From Candidatus Heimdallarchaeota archaeon (GTDB lineage: Archaea; Asgardarchaeota; Heimdallarchaeia; JABLTI01): a stretch of DNA of 64,000 bases. A program made the position numbers and the translations under genes. The stretch's first letter is position 1; every line of letters starts with the position of its first letter. This document shows, one piece after another, positions 1 through 8,538 of the stretch. The notes beneath the pieces are model-generated. The model ran no database searches. It was given only the letters and a program-made list of their open reading frames with translations, and was not told where the DNA came from. The stretch is taken from the NCBI GenBank assembly GCA_018238155.1, contig JABCTZ010000032.1:96001-160000 (forward strand), written 5' to 3'.

Positions 1-99
1 GATAGCATTCATTCTTGCTGTTTGGGACATCAATGTACTATTGAAAAGTGTATCATCGATATCAAATAACATCGCATCGAATTTTCTGAGTTCAGTCAA
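1..99 (-). CDS. HAD-superfamily hydrolase, N-terminal fragment (runs off the window edge)
   Basis: Not in the ORF track. Manual translation from TTG at 99 gives MTELRKFDAMLFDIDDTLFNSTLMSQTARMNAI, containing HAD motif I (FDIDDTL). Confidence 0.75.
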   Translation of the reverse strand, partial: MTELRKFDAMLFDIDDTLFNSTLMSQTARMNAI

Positions 100-171
100 A
101 CTGTAGCAACCTTAGTTATTAATCTCTAATAGATACTTAACAATTATTAAAGAAAGAAAGTAGAAAGAAGA

Positions 172-828
172 TTATCCTTTTTTGATAGCATCTTCTTCAT
201 CTGGGTGTCTAAAGAGCTCACCTTTAATATATTTTCTAGCACGTTCTTCGTATTTCTCTTGACAAATTGGACCGTCAAAGTACCGTTTTCTACCAAGGAT
301 CGCTTTTGAAAATACTTCGCCTGAAAATTCTCGATGACAATAATCGCATCGTATAACCAAATTTATGGGTGAACTCGGAAGTTCAATAGTTTTACACAAA
401 AATGTCTCAAGATTAATTGATGAAACAAGTTCAATAACTGATTCCCCTGGTAAAGAGTTAATGTGTTTGATAAAGTCCAATTTATTTCTATCATGCATGT
501 TGTGTGTTACAACAATTAGATTGTAATGTCCAGAGGAAATTGTCATATTAGCGATAAATGGACTTTCAAATAATTTTTTTGCAACATCATCTAAATGACT
601 TGGTTTGATTTTTAGCAGGAAAGTCATCGAAGTTCCTTTCATAATCATATTTTCATCAAGAATAATTGTGAATTTTTCAATCAAACCTGTATCGATGTAC
701 TTCTGTATTCGTGTTTTGATAGACGGAATTGTTAAATTTGTCTCTCGAGCGAGGGCTGCATAGCTTGTTCTCGAATTCTCGATTAAAGTTGTCAATATTC
801 GTAAATCTGTTTTGTCCAATTTGTGCAT
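172..828 (-). CDS. Lrp/AsnC-family transcriptional regulator with C-terminal TRASH-like metal-binding domain
   Basis: N-terminal LDKTDLRILTTLIENSRTSYAALA HTH, a RAM-like middle region and C-terminal CDYC...YFDGPIC. Confidence 0.8.
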   Translation of the reverse strand: MHKLDKTDLRILTTLIENSRTSYAALARETNLTIPSIKTRIQKYIDTGLIEKFTIILDENMIMKGTSMTFLLKIKPSHLDDVAKKLFESPFIANMTISSGHYNLIVVTHNMHDRNKLDFIKHINSLPGESVIELVSSINLETFLCKTIELPSSPINLVIRCDYCHREFSGEVFSKAILGRKRYFDGPICQEKYEERARKYIKGELFRHPDEEDAIKKG

Positions 829-1009
829 TCAATTGCCCTCTGGAAAATAGTATTACTTCAGTTTTTTATTAATCCTTTGGATATAATTCTTCATGATTAT
901 TAATACTTTTTTGAAAACCATTTAAATATTATTAATTTTCATTAAAATCATCGCAATTTATTCCACAAAATGATGTGTAATTGATTCGACAAATCTGAGA
1001 TGACTTTGA

Positions 1010-2044
1010 ATGAAAAAAATTGACCTTCGTAGTGATACGGTTACTTTACCTACCGAAGAAATGTATGAAGCAATGAGAGCCGCAAATCTTGGTGATGATG
1101 TCTATAGAGAAGATCCAACAGCATTAGAACTACAAGAAAAAGCAGCAAAACTTTTGGGAAAAGAAGCAGCCCTTTTTGTTAGTTCTGGAACAATGGGAAA
1201 TATTTGTGGTGTTGTCGGGCAAACTAAACGTGGAGATGAAATAATTCTTGAACAAAATTCGCATATTTTCCAATTTGAGCAAGGCTCCTCTGCAGTAATT
1301 GGTGGGGTTCATACTAAGACCGTTCCCGGAAAAGAAGGATTCTTAATAACTCCAGAAATGTTGGAAGCAGCTATTAGATCTCCTGACTCTCATCACCCAA
1401 TTTCTTCCCTCGTATCATTAGAAAATACTCATAACTTATCTGGTGGGAAAATTTGGTCAATCGAACAAACACAAGATTTAATCAAAACAGCAAAAAAACA
1501 CCATTTAAAAGTTCATATTGATGGAGCGAGGATTTTTAATGCCGCAGTAGGTTTGGGTGTGCCTGCACACGAGTTAGTTAAAGGCGCTGATAGTGTTATG
1601 TTTTGTTTAAGTAAAGGATTAGCCTGTCCTATAGGTTCTATTGTTGCAGGAAGTCAAGATTTTATTGATCAAGCTTATCGTGTTAGAAAATTATTAGGTG
1701 GAGGAATGCGACAAGTAGGCATAATTGCCGCACCTGGAATAGTTGCTTTAGATACTATGATTGATCGATTAGCAGATGACCATGCAAATTCAAGGATTCT
1801 TGCTAAAGGTTTGTCTGCAATAGAGGGAATTACTGTACGTGAAAGTCAAACAAATTTACTATTTATTGACATTGGTGGTTTTGGTGTAACCAGACAGCAA
1901 TTCAAAACGAATTTAGCAAAAAATGGTATAATTGTAAGTAGCAGATGGGATACTGAATTTCGTCTTGTAACTCACTATGGTATTGAAAAAGAAGACGTAG
2001 AATTTGTTATAGAAACTATTGATAATTTGAAAAGTAAAAAATGA
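1010..2044 (+). CDS. ltaE: Low-specificity L-threonine aldolase (PLP-dependent)
   Basis: IDLRSDTVTLPT, GDDVYREDP, SGTMGN, HIDGARIFNA, CLSKGL (PLP lysine) and GGGMRQ motifs. Confidence 0.92.
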   Translation: MKKIDLRSDTVTLPTEEMYEAMRAANLGDDVYREDPTALELQEKAAKLLGKEAALFVSSGTMGNICGVVGQTKRGDEIILEQNSHIFQFEQGSSAVIGGVHTKTVPGKEGFLITPEMLEAAIRSPDSHHPISSLVSLENTHNLSGGKIWSIEQTQDLIKTAKKHHLKVHIDGARIFNAAVGLGVPAHELVKGADSVMFCLSKGLACPIGSIVAGSQDFIDQAYRVRKLLGGGMRQVGIIAAPGIVALDTMIDRLADDHANSRILAKGLSAIEGITVRESQTNLLFIDIGGFGVTRQQFKTNLAKNGIIVSSRWDTEFRLVTHYGIEKEDVEFVIETIDNLKSKK

Positions 2045-2195
2045 TCACCAATTTAATTCAATATTCACCCCGAAAAGAATTAAATAGTGACGAACCATCT
2101 AAAAAATGACTCTGAAGTAAATCAGAATCAGTAGTAATTATATCTATGCGATTGAAATATCATCGTACCAAAAATAGCCTCGTTGGGAATAGTCA

Positions 2196-3287
2196 ATGAC
2201 AAAAATCTTTGTAACTGGTGCCTCAGGTCAAGTGGGTAGTCGAGTTGCGGAATATATAGTAAAAGAGAAGCTGTTAGGAATTGCGAGGGGAAAGGATGTT
2301 ATCTGTTTAGTAAGGAATCCTGATAAAGCTAATTTTTTGAAAGAGCTTGGTGTTACCATTATAAAAGGGGGCTTACAAGATAGCGATACAATTTCCTCAA
2401 TTATGGATAATGGTGTAGAATTTGTTTTTCATGTGGCAGCAAATTGCTTGTTGAATCAATCATATATGGAAATGTATATCCCCAATGTTCTTGGAACAAG
2501 GATTATGCTAGATGCTTTTATTAAATCAAAAGCAAGATGTTTTGTTCATACTAGTTCGATTGCCGTCTATTCTGTTTTTTTAGGTCGAAAAAAAGTCTAT
2601 AATATTGATGAAAATCATTCAATAGGTTCCTTAAAAGGAGATCCATATGCAGTTACAAAAAGAATAGCTGAAAATCTTGTCTCTTACTATTCGGAAAGAA
2701 ACACTGGGAAATATTTCATAACTACTAGACTAGGTCCAATAATAGGTGCAAGAGATAAACAAACTGTTCCTACCTTAGTTGATATACTGTCGTATAGATT
2801 CTTGCCAAAACTAATTAATGGTGGCAAAGATTTGTTTTCAATTACTTCTCCTTATGATGTCGCTCGTGCTCAAGTTTTTCTAGCTTCTAGAGCAAAATCT
2901 GTCTCAGGTCAAATATTCAATGTTGCAAGGGATTCAACGAATTACCGTCAAATGATGGCTGTAATAGCAAATTATTATCACAGAAAACCACCAACTTTTT
3001 CTATGAAATATTGGTTTTTTAAATTTACACTACCATTTTTAAAAATGCTAAGAACTATCTTTCCACATGTTCAATTAATTAAAAATGCGACTTCTCCGGT
3101 TTCAGTTAATTATATTGGAAAAAGTTACATATACAGTTCAGAGAAAATCAAAAAAATTGGTTTTGAATTTGTTGTATCTCCTGAAGAAGCTATTATTGAA
3201 TGTTTAGAACATTTAGACCCCGAAAAGAAACTGTTAAAGGTTGGTAAGAATAAAAAAAATGATTTAAGAGTAGATGACATAAACTAG
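2196..3287 (+). CDS. NAD-dependent epimerase/dehydratase (extended SDR, 3-beta-HSD-like)
   Basis: TGASGQVG Rossmann motif, FHVAA, NVLGT, TSS and catalytic YAVTK. Confidence 0.85.
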   Translation: MTKIFVTGASGQVGSRVAEYIVKEKLLGIARGKDVICLVRNPDKANFLKELGVTIIKGGLQDSDTISSIMDNGVEFVFHVAANCLLNQSYMEMYIPNVLGTRIMLDAFIKSKARCFVHTSSIAVYSVFLGRKKVYNIDENHSIGSLKGDPYAVTKRIAENLVSYYSERNTGKYFITTRLGPIIGARDKQTVPTLVDILSYRFLPKLINGGKDLFSITSPYDVARAQVFLASRAKSVSGQIFNVARDSTNYRQMMAVIANYYHRKPPTFSMKYWFFKFTLPFLKMLRTIFPHVQLIKNATSPVSVNYIGKSYIYSSEKIKKIGFEFVVSPEEAIIECLEHLDPEKKLLKVGKNKKNDLRVDDIN

Positions 3288-3360
3288 CTAGCTGCAATTG
3301 TTAGTAGAATCTTACAAATATTTTTCAAAGTGAATGAAACTTTAGATTTTGTGAAAAATA

Positions 3361-4083
3361 ATGATAAAATGCATCTCCTTCGATTTTGATAGAACTTTAG
3401 CTTACGTTCGACCACAAACCCATCATTTAGTACCAAAGCTACTAACTGAAAAAGGAATAAACATTTCTGCTGATGAATTTTTAAAAAAATGTGTAGAACT
3501 TCGTCAGAATATACCTGTTCATTTACAAGATCATTATTTTCGATTTGGTAGTCTCTCTAAGAAATTACGAACAGCTTTCTTAAAGGAATATAATAAAGCT
3601 CGAATTGATATGCTTGAACTTTCTGGCGATCAAAAAGAAGTTGATACATTGAAAGAATGGTTAACAAATCAAATCTATTTACAACAGAATAAAGTACTTT
3701 ATGATGACATTGTCGATGTGGTAAAACAATTGGGCAACTTAGGGATAAGACAATATATTCTTTCTGGAAACCATTCTGATGGCATCATTGAGTTACTTGA
3801 AAAATCAAATATCTTGCAATATTTTGAAGAAATAATTACTGTTGACAAATACTTTGATAAAAAAATCGCTAATTTCAGAATTTTACTTGAACATTCTCAT
3901 TTTAGCCCACAAGAGATTCTTCACATTGGTGATGATTTAGTAACTGATGGATATGGTCCTAGAGATTATCAAATAAAATCAATTATCATCCGTAGATCTA
4001 ATCAACTCGATTTTCTTGCAAAACACGATGAAAATTTTCAAGTTATAACAAAATTAAATGAATTAGTTAAATTCCTTGATTGA
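3361..4083 (+). CDS. HAD-superfamily hydrolase
   Basis: FDFDRTL (motif I), ILSGN (motif II) and HIGDDLVTD (motif IV). Confidence 0.82.
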   Translation: MIKCISFDFDRTLAYVRPQTHHLVPKLLTEKGINISADEFLKKCVELRQNIPVHLQDHYFRFGSLSKKLRTAFLKEYNKARIDMLELSGDQKEVDTLKEWLTNQIYLQQNKVLYDDIVDVVKQLGNLGIRQYILSGNHSDGIIELLEKSNILQYFEEIITVDKYFDKKIANFRILLEHSHFSPQEILHIGDDLVTDGYGPRDYQIKSIIIRRSNQLDFLAKHDENFQVITKLNELVKFLD

Positions 4084-4319
4084 TTATTTGTGGTGTAAAC
4101 CGATTGTAAAACAAGCTTTAATTGATTTATTCCCATTGTTATCTATTTATTCTATTAGATTGAATTTTTTTTATATAAACTTTTTTTCAATCATTAAACA
4201 TTTGCTTAAACATAAATCACTAAAATTCACTCTTCCTTGAATATAATATTCAGATAACAAATATTAAATATACAATGTATCATAACAAGTCAAAATTCCT
4301 AATAAAGTAATATCGGGGA

Positions 4320-5387
4320 ATGACAAACATGCTTTCAAAAATCATCTCGAGACAAGATTTACCAAAACTTGTAGATGCATTAGCTAAAGATTACCTTGTC
4401 ATCGCTCCCACATACGAAAAAAACGTTCCTACATTCTCTGAGGTAGAAAGTTCTTCAGAAGTGGAATTTGATATTCTTTTCAATGAAAAATTGCCAATGC
4501 TTCCGCCAAAGAAGGTATTCCTTCCTCCGAAGCAAACCATATTTAGATACAGCCTAACTAAGGGTGTAACAGATAGTTGTGCTGATATTTCAGATGCAGT
4601 TTCTCATAACAAGAATATAGTAATTTTTGGAGCGAGTCCATGTGATGTCACTGGCGTGGGTGTATTAAAGCGAATATTCAAGGATAATTATAGTGATGAT
4701 GTATTCCTACATGTGTATAATAAAACAACAATAATTAGCGTGAACTGTTTAGATCACTGCTATGAAAATTGCTTCTGTGAAACAATGTCAGCAAATGATC
4801 CAAAAAGTGGTTTTGATATTATGCTTACAGAAATTTCCAAGTCAAAATTAATCGCAGTACCAAATTCTGACAAAGGAAAACAAATATTACGAAATTATCC
4901 AGAAATCTTTACAAAAATAACTGAAGAAGACTCAGTAGCATATTCTGATGCATTAAAATTAAAGAATAAAAATTTCAAAACTGAATTTCCTGTTGAAGGA
5001 CTGGCAAGTCATGTTGAAGATAGTTTTGAATCAAAAATTTGGGAAGAATTTGCCCAAAAATGTTTGTTCTGCGGATCCTGTACATTCGTTTGTCCAACTT
5101 GTTATTGTTATAGTGTTAAAGATACAGTTTCAGTTGATTTGAAAGATGGCGAAAGACAGAGAGAGTGGGATTCATGTTATTTCCCTGAATTTGCACTTGT
5201 AGCAGGCAATCATAATTTCCGAGAAACAAAGGAACAACGCTTCAGATATCGGTACTTACACAAATTTGTTGATCTTCCCAGAAGATATAACTTCGAAGGT
5301 TGTGTTGGTTGTGGACGCTGTGTAACTTACTGCCCAGCTAATATTGATGTAAGAGATGTTCTAAAAAAAGTTAGAGGTGTAATGTAA
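4320..5387 (+). CDS. hydB: Group 3b [NiFe]-hydrogenase (sulfhydrogenase) beta subunit, 4Fe-4S protein
   Basis: CLFCGSCTFVCPTCYC and CVGCGRCVTYCP ferredoxin motifs, WDSC; first gene of a four-gene operon. Confidence 0.88.
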   Translation: MTNMLSKIISRQDLPKLVDALAKDYLVIAPTYEKNVPTFSEVESSSEVEFDILFNEKLPMLPPKKVFLPPKQTIFRYSLTKGVTDSCADISDAVSHNKNIVIFGASPCDVTGVGVLKRIFKDNYSDDVFLHVYNKTTIISVNCLDHCYENCFCETMSANDPKSGFDIMLTEISKSKLIAVPNSDKGKQILRNYPEIFTKITEEDSVAYSDALKLKNKNFKTEFPVEGLASHVEDSFESKIWEEFAQKCLFCGSCTFVCPTCYCYSVKDTVSVDLKDGERQREWDSCYFPEFALVAGNHNFRETKEQRFRYRYLHKFVDLPRRYNFEGCVGCGRCVTYCPANIDVRDVLKKVRGVM

Positions 5388-5388
5388 T

Positions 5389-6249
5389 ATGAGAGATGCT
5401 GCTATTACTCACAATGTTGGTGTTTGCACACCAAATAATGCTAAAATAGTTAAAATTACAGAGCTTACGCATAACACTAAACTCTTCGAGGTACAACTTG
5501 AAGATGAACATAGTAATAATTTCTTTGATTATAGCCCTGGTCAATTTGTATTGATAACTGTTTTCGGTGTCGGGGAAATTCCTATTGGTCTTACATCTTC
5601 ACCAACAAAACGTGGCTCATTTGAATTGGGTATTCGGAAAGTTGGTAATGTTACCAATAAAATTCACCAGATGAAAGTTGGTGATATTGTTGGTATACGA
5701 GGACCTTTTGGTAAGGGATTTCCAGTTGAAGAAAATAAACATAAAGATTTGTTGTTTGTTTGCGGCGGAACTGGTTATTTTCCAATTAGATCTACATTTA
5801 AATATGCAATAAACAAAAGGGAAAATTATGGTAAGATGACATTTCTTTATGGTGATCGGTGCCCAACTGATGTGCTATTTCCCGAAGAAAATGATGCTTA
5901 TAAAGAAAGGGATGACATACTCTTCCATCAATCTGTTGATAGAGATGATGATAAATGTTGGGATGGAAATGTTGGAGTTGTAACAACTCTCTTTCCAAAC
6001 ATTGCGAAAGAAGTTGATCCAGCAAATACTATCGTTTTTGTTGCTGGTCCGGCAATAATGTACAAATATGTAATCATTGAATTAGAGAAACTTGGAATCA
6101 AAAGTGAGAACATATTCCTTTCACTTGAAAGGAGAATGAAATGTGGTATAGGAAAATGTTGTCATTGTGGAATAGGTGATAAATTCGCCTGTTTGGATGG
6201 ACCTGTTTTCTCTTTAGATCAAATAAGAGGACTTTTGGAGGCACTATAA
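5389..6249 (+). CDS. hydG: Sulfhydrogenase gamma subunit (FAD/NAD(P)-binding, 2Fe-2S)
   Basis: PGQF, RGPFGKGF, GGTG, GP and ERRMKCGIGKCCHC...C-x-DGPVF motifs. Confidence 0.88.
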   Translation: MRDAAITHNVGVCTPNNAKIVKITELTHNTKLFEVQLEDEHSNNFFDYSPGQFVLITVFGVGEIPIGLTSSPTKRGSFELGIRKVGNVTNKIHQMKVGDIVGIRGPFGKGFPVEENKHKDLLFVCGGTGYFPIRSTFKYAINKRENYGKMTFLYGDRCPTDVLFPEENDAYKERDDILFHQSVDRDDDKCWDGNVGVVTTLFPNIAKEVDPANTIVFVAGPAIMYKYVIIELEKLGIKSENIFLSLERRMKCGIGKCCHCGIGDKFACLDGPVFSLDQIRGLLEAL

Positions 6250-6250
6250 A

Positions 6251-7060
6251 ATGGCAAGTAAACCGCAGGTTGGAATTGTTGGCTTCACAGGTTGTGCTGG
6301 TTGTCAATTAAGTATTCTAGATCTGGAAAACGAACTCTTAGATCTTCTTGGACTTGTAGACATTATTGATTTCAGAATGGCTATGAGTGGCAATAAGAAA
6401 GGACCATATGATATCCTCTTTGTTGAAGGTAGCATAGTAAATAAACATCAAGAAGAAGAGCTCAAAGAGCTTCGCAAAAAGGCTAAGGTACTGGTTGCTA
6501 TTGGTTCTTGCGCTTCATTTGGTGGAATACAAGCAATAAGGAGTTATCGAGATAACGAGAAAATCAAAATTGCTCAATACGGTAAAGAAAACATTGACAA
6601 AGTAGAGGTAATAAAAGTCAAACCTATAAACAAAGTTGTGAAGGTTGATCATTATCTTTTAGAGTGTCCTGTAAACAAATACGAATTCTTAGAATTTGTC
6701 AAATATTATCTTGTTGGTGGAACTCCTACATTACCAAATTATCCTGTTTGTCAACAATGTAAAGCAAATGGAAATCGATGTATCTTTCTTGAAGATGGTA
6801 TAATGTGTATGGGTCCAATTATTCAAGCTGGTTGTAATGCACTATGCCCCAGTTATGGAATGCCCTGTGATGGTTGTAGAGGTTCAACATTAGAAGCAGC
6901 TTATGACCAGCAAGTACAATTGATGATAGAAAAAGGAGCATCAGTTGAAGACATCACTCGTTATATTTTGAAATATAATGGTGAAGACAAACAAGTACAT
7001 GACTTCCTAATGGAGAAATGGAAGGAGCAAGATAAAAAATTAGTGTACCAAGAGGATTAA
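6251..7060 (+). CDS. hydD: Sulfhydrogenase delta ([NiFe]-hydrogenase small) subunit
   Basis: GCAGC, VEGS, GSCA, ECP and a C-terminal Cys cluster (CQQC..C..CMGP..GC..CP..CDGC). Confidence 0.88.
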   Translation: MASKPQVGIVGFTGCAGCQLSILDLENELLDLLGLVDIIDFRMAMSGNKKGPYDILFVEGSIVNKHQEEELKELRKKAKVLVAIGSCASFGGIQAIRSYRDNEKIKIAQYGKENIDKVEVIKVKPINKVVKVDHYLLECPVNKYEFLEFVKYYLVGGTPTLPNYPVCQQCKANGNRCIFLEDGIMCMGPIIQAGCNALCPSYGMPCDGCRGSTLEAAYDQQVQLMIEKGASVEDITRYILKYNGEDKQVHDFLMEKWKEQDKKLVYQED

Positions 7061-7064
7061 CAAG

Positions 7065-8378
7065 GTGGTAAGAAAAATGACATCAAAATCGTATCATATA
7101 AAACATATTTGTAGAGTAGAAGGTCATGGTAACCTCCTCGTTGAAATGGAAGGAGATGAAGTTAATCATGCTGAAATGCAAATTATTGAAGGAGCTCGCT
7201 TCTTCGAAGGAATTGCAGTTGGCAGAAAATATGATGAAGCAATTAACATCATGTCCCGAATATGTGCTATTTGTAGTACTTCCCATCAATTATCAGCTGT
7301 TGGTGCATTAGAAAGAAGTGTTGGAATTGAACCTAGCAAACAAGTGCATGATTTCCGTGTTCTTTTAGATCATGGTGAAAATCTTCAATCTCATATTTTA
7401 CATGTGGGAATGTTGGCTTTGCCCGACTTTTTAGGATTTGATGGAGCCATACAAATGGTACCCAAATATCCAAATGAAGTTAAAATGGTTTTATCTATGA
7501 AACGCACCGCAAACGATTTACAAACACTTATCGGTGGTCGTGAAATCCATCCTGTGAACATCAAACCTGGAGGATTTGGAGCTTATCCCACAACAAATCA
7601 ACTTAAAGAAATGAAAGAAAAACTTGTTGTGTTTAAACAGAACACTCAAGCTTTTGCTGACCTTCTTGCAACATTGAAGATGCCTGAATTTGAGAATAAA
7701 ACCGAGCAAGTAGCTGTATATGATGGAAAAAGCTATCCTTTCACTTTAGGAGATCATAAATGCCTCTTAAGTGGGAAAATTGTGAAACCCGAAGATTATA
7801 AGAAGAACTTCTTCAAAGAGGAAGTTAGAGGTTATTCTTCAGCTAAATTCTCAACCATTAATGATGGTGAAATATATTATGTTTCACCACTCGCTCGAGT
7901 AAACATTAACAACAAATTCTTGACAGATGATGCAAAGAAAGTATTAGCTCAATTTGATATGAAGATTCCAAATTTCAACCCATTCAATAATAATGTTGCT
8001 CGGGTTATCGAGCTAATGCATTGTGTTGATGAAGCAATTGAAATTACTGACAAGTATATAGAGAAACCACCCAAGGATGACAATAAAGAATTTACAATCA
8101 AAGCTGGAACAGGTTCTCTTGCTACAGAAGCTCCTAGAGGATTATTGAATCATTCTTATGATGTTGATAAAAATGGTATCATTAAACGAGCCGATGTAAT
8201 TACTCCAACAGCACACAACTTGAATAAAATCGAGGATGATGCCAAGAAATTTGGTTCATTGATAGCAGACAAAACAGATGAAGAAGCTGAATTATTGCTT
8301 AATATGTTGGTTCGTTCATATGATCCTTGTATTTCTTGTTCAGCACATGCGATTAGAATTGATTTACAAAGAAAATAA
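7065..8378 (+). CDS. hydA: Sulfhydrogenase alpha ([NiFe]-hydrogenase large) subunit; start is probably the ATG at 7077
   Basis: RVEGHG, L1 RICAIC, EAPRG and L2 DPCISCSAH, followed by a short cleavable C-terminal tail. Confidence 0.92.
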   Translation: MVRKMTSKSYHIKHICRVEGHGNLLVEMEGDEVNHAEMQIIEGARFFEGIAVGRKYDEAINIMSRICAICSTSHQLSAVGALERSVGIEPSKQVHDFRVLLDHGENLQSHILHVGMLALPDFLGFDGAIQMVPKYPNEVKMVLSMKRTANDLQTLIGGREIHPVNIKPGGFGAYPTTNQLKEMKEKLVVFKQNTQAFADLLATLKMPEFENKTEQVAVYDGKSYPFTLGDHKCLLSGKIVKPEDYKKNFFKEEVRGYSSAKFSTINDGEIYYVSPLARVNINNKFLTDDAKKVLAQFDMKIPNFNPFNNNVARVIELMHCVDEAIEITDKYIEKPPKDDNKEFTIKAGTGSLATEAPRGLLNHSYDVDKNGIIKRADVITPTAHNLNKIEDDAKKFGSLIADKTDEEAELLLNMLVRSYDPCISCSAHAIRIDLQRK

Positions 8379-8391
8379 CTTGGCTAATATT

Positions 8392-8430
8392 GGCGATCTT
8401 TATTGATCGCCCTCTCTTTCCTTTTTCTTT
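8392..8430 (+). terminator. Hairpin plus pyrimidine tract after the hydrogenase operon
   Basis: GGCGATC-tttatt-GATCGCC (8392-8411) followed by ctctctttcctttttcttt. Confidence 0.6.
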
Positions 8431-8538
8431 ATACAGTTTTTGTTATTTATAGAAAAAAGTTAATCTAGAAGAAATGTTTATGAGTCTAACTTCTCACTCT
8501 TTAAAAGAGTATTATAAAAAAGCAAAGAACAGAAAGAA

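Noticed and set aside
4320-8378. Selenocysteine recoding in the hydrogenase
   Set aside because: All metal motifs use Cys codons with no in-frame TGA, and the 8392 hairpin is too small for a SECIS.
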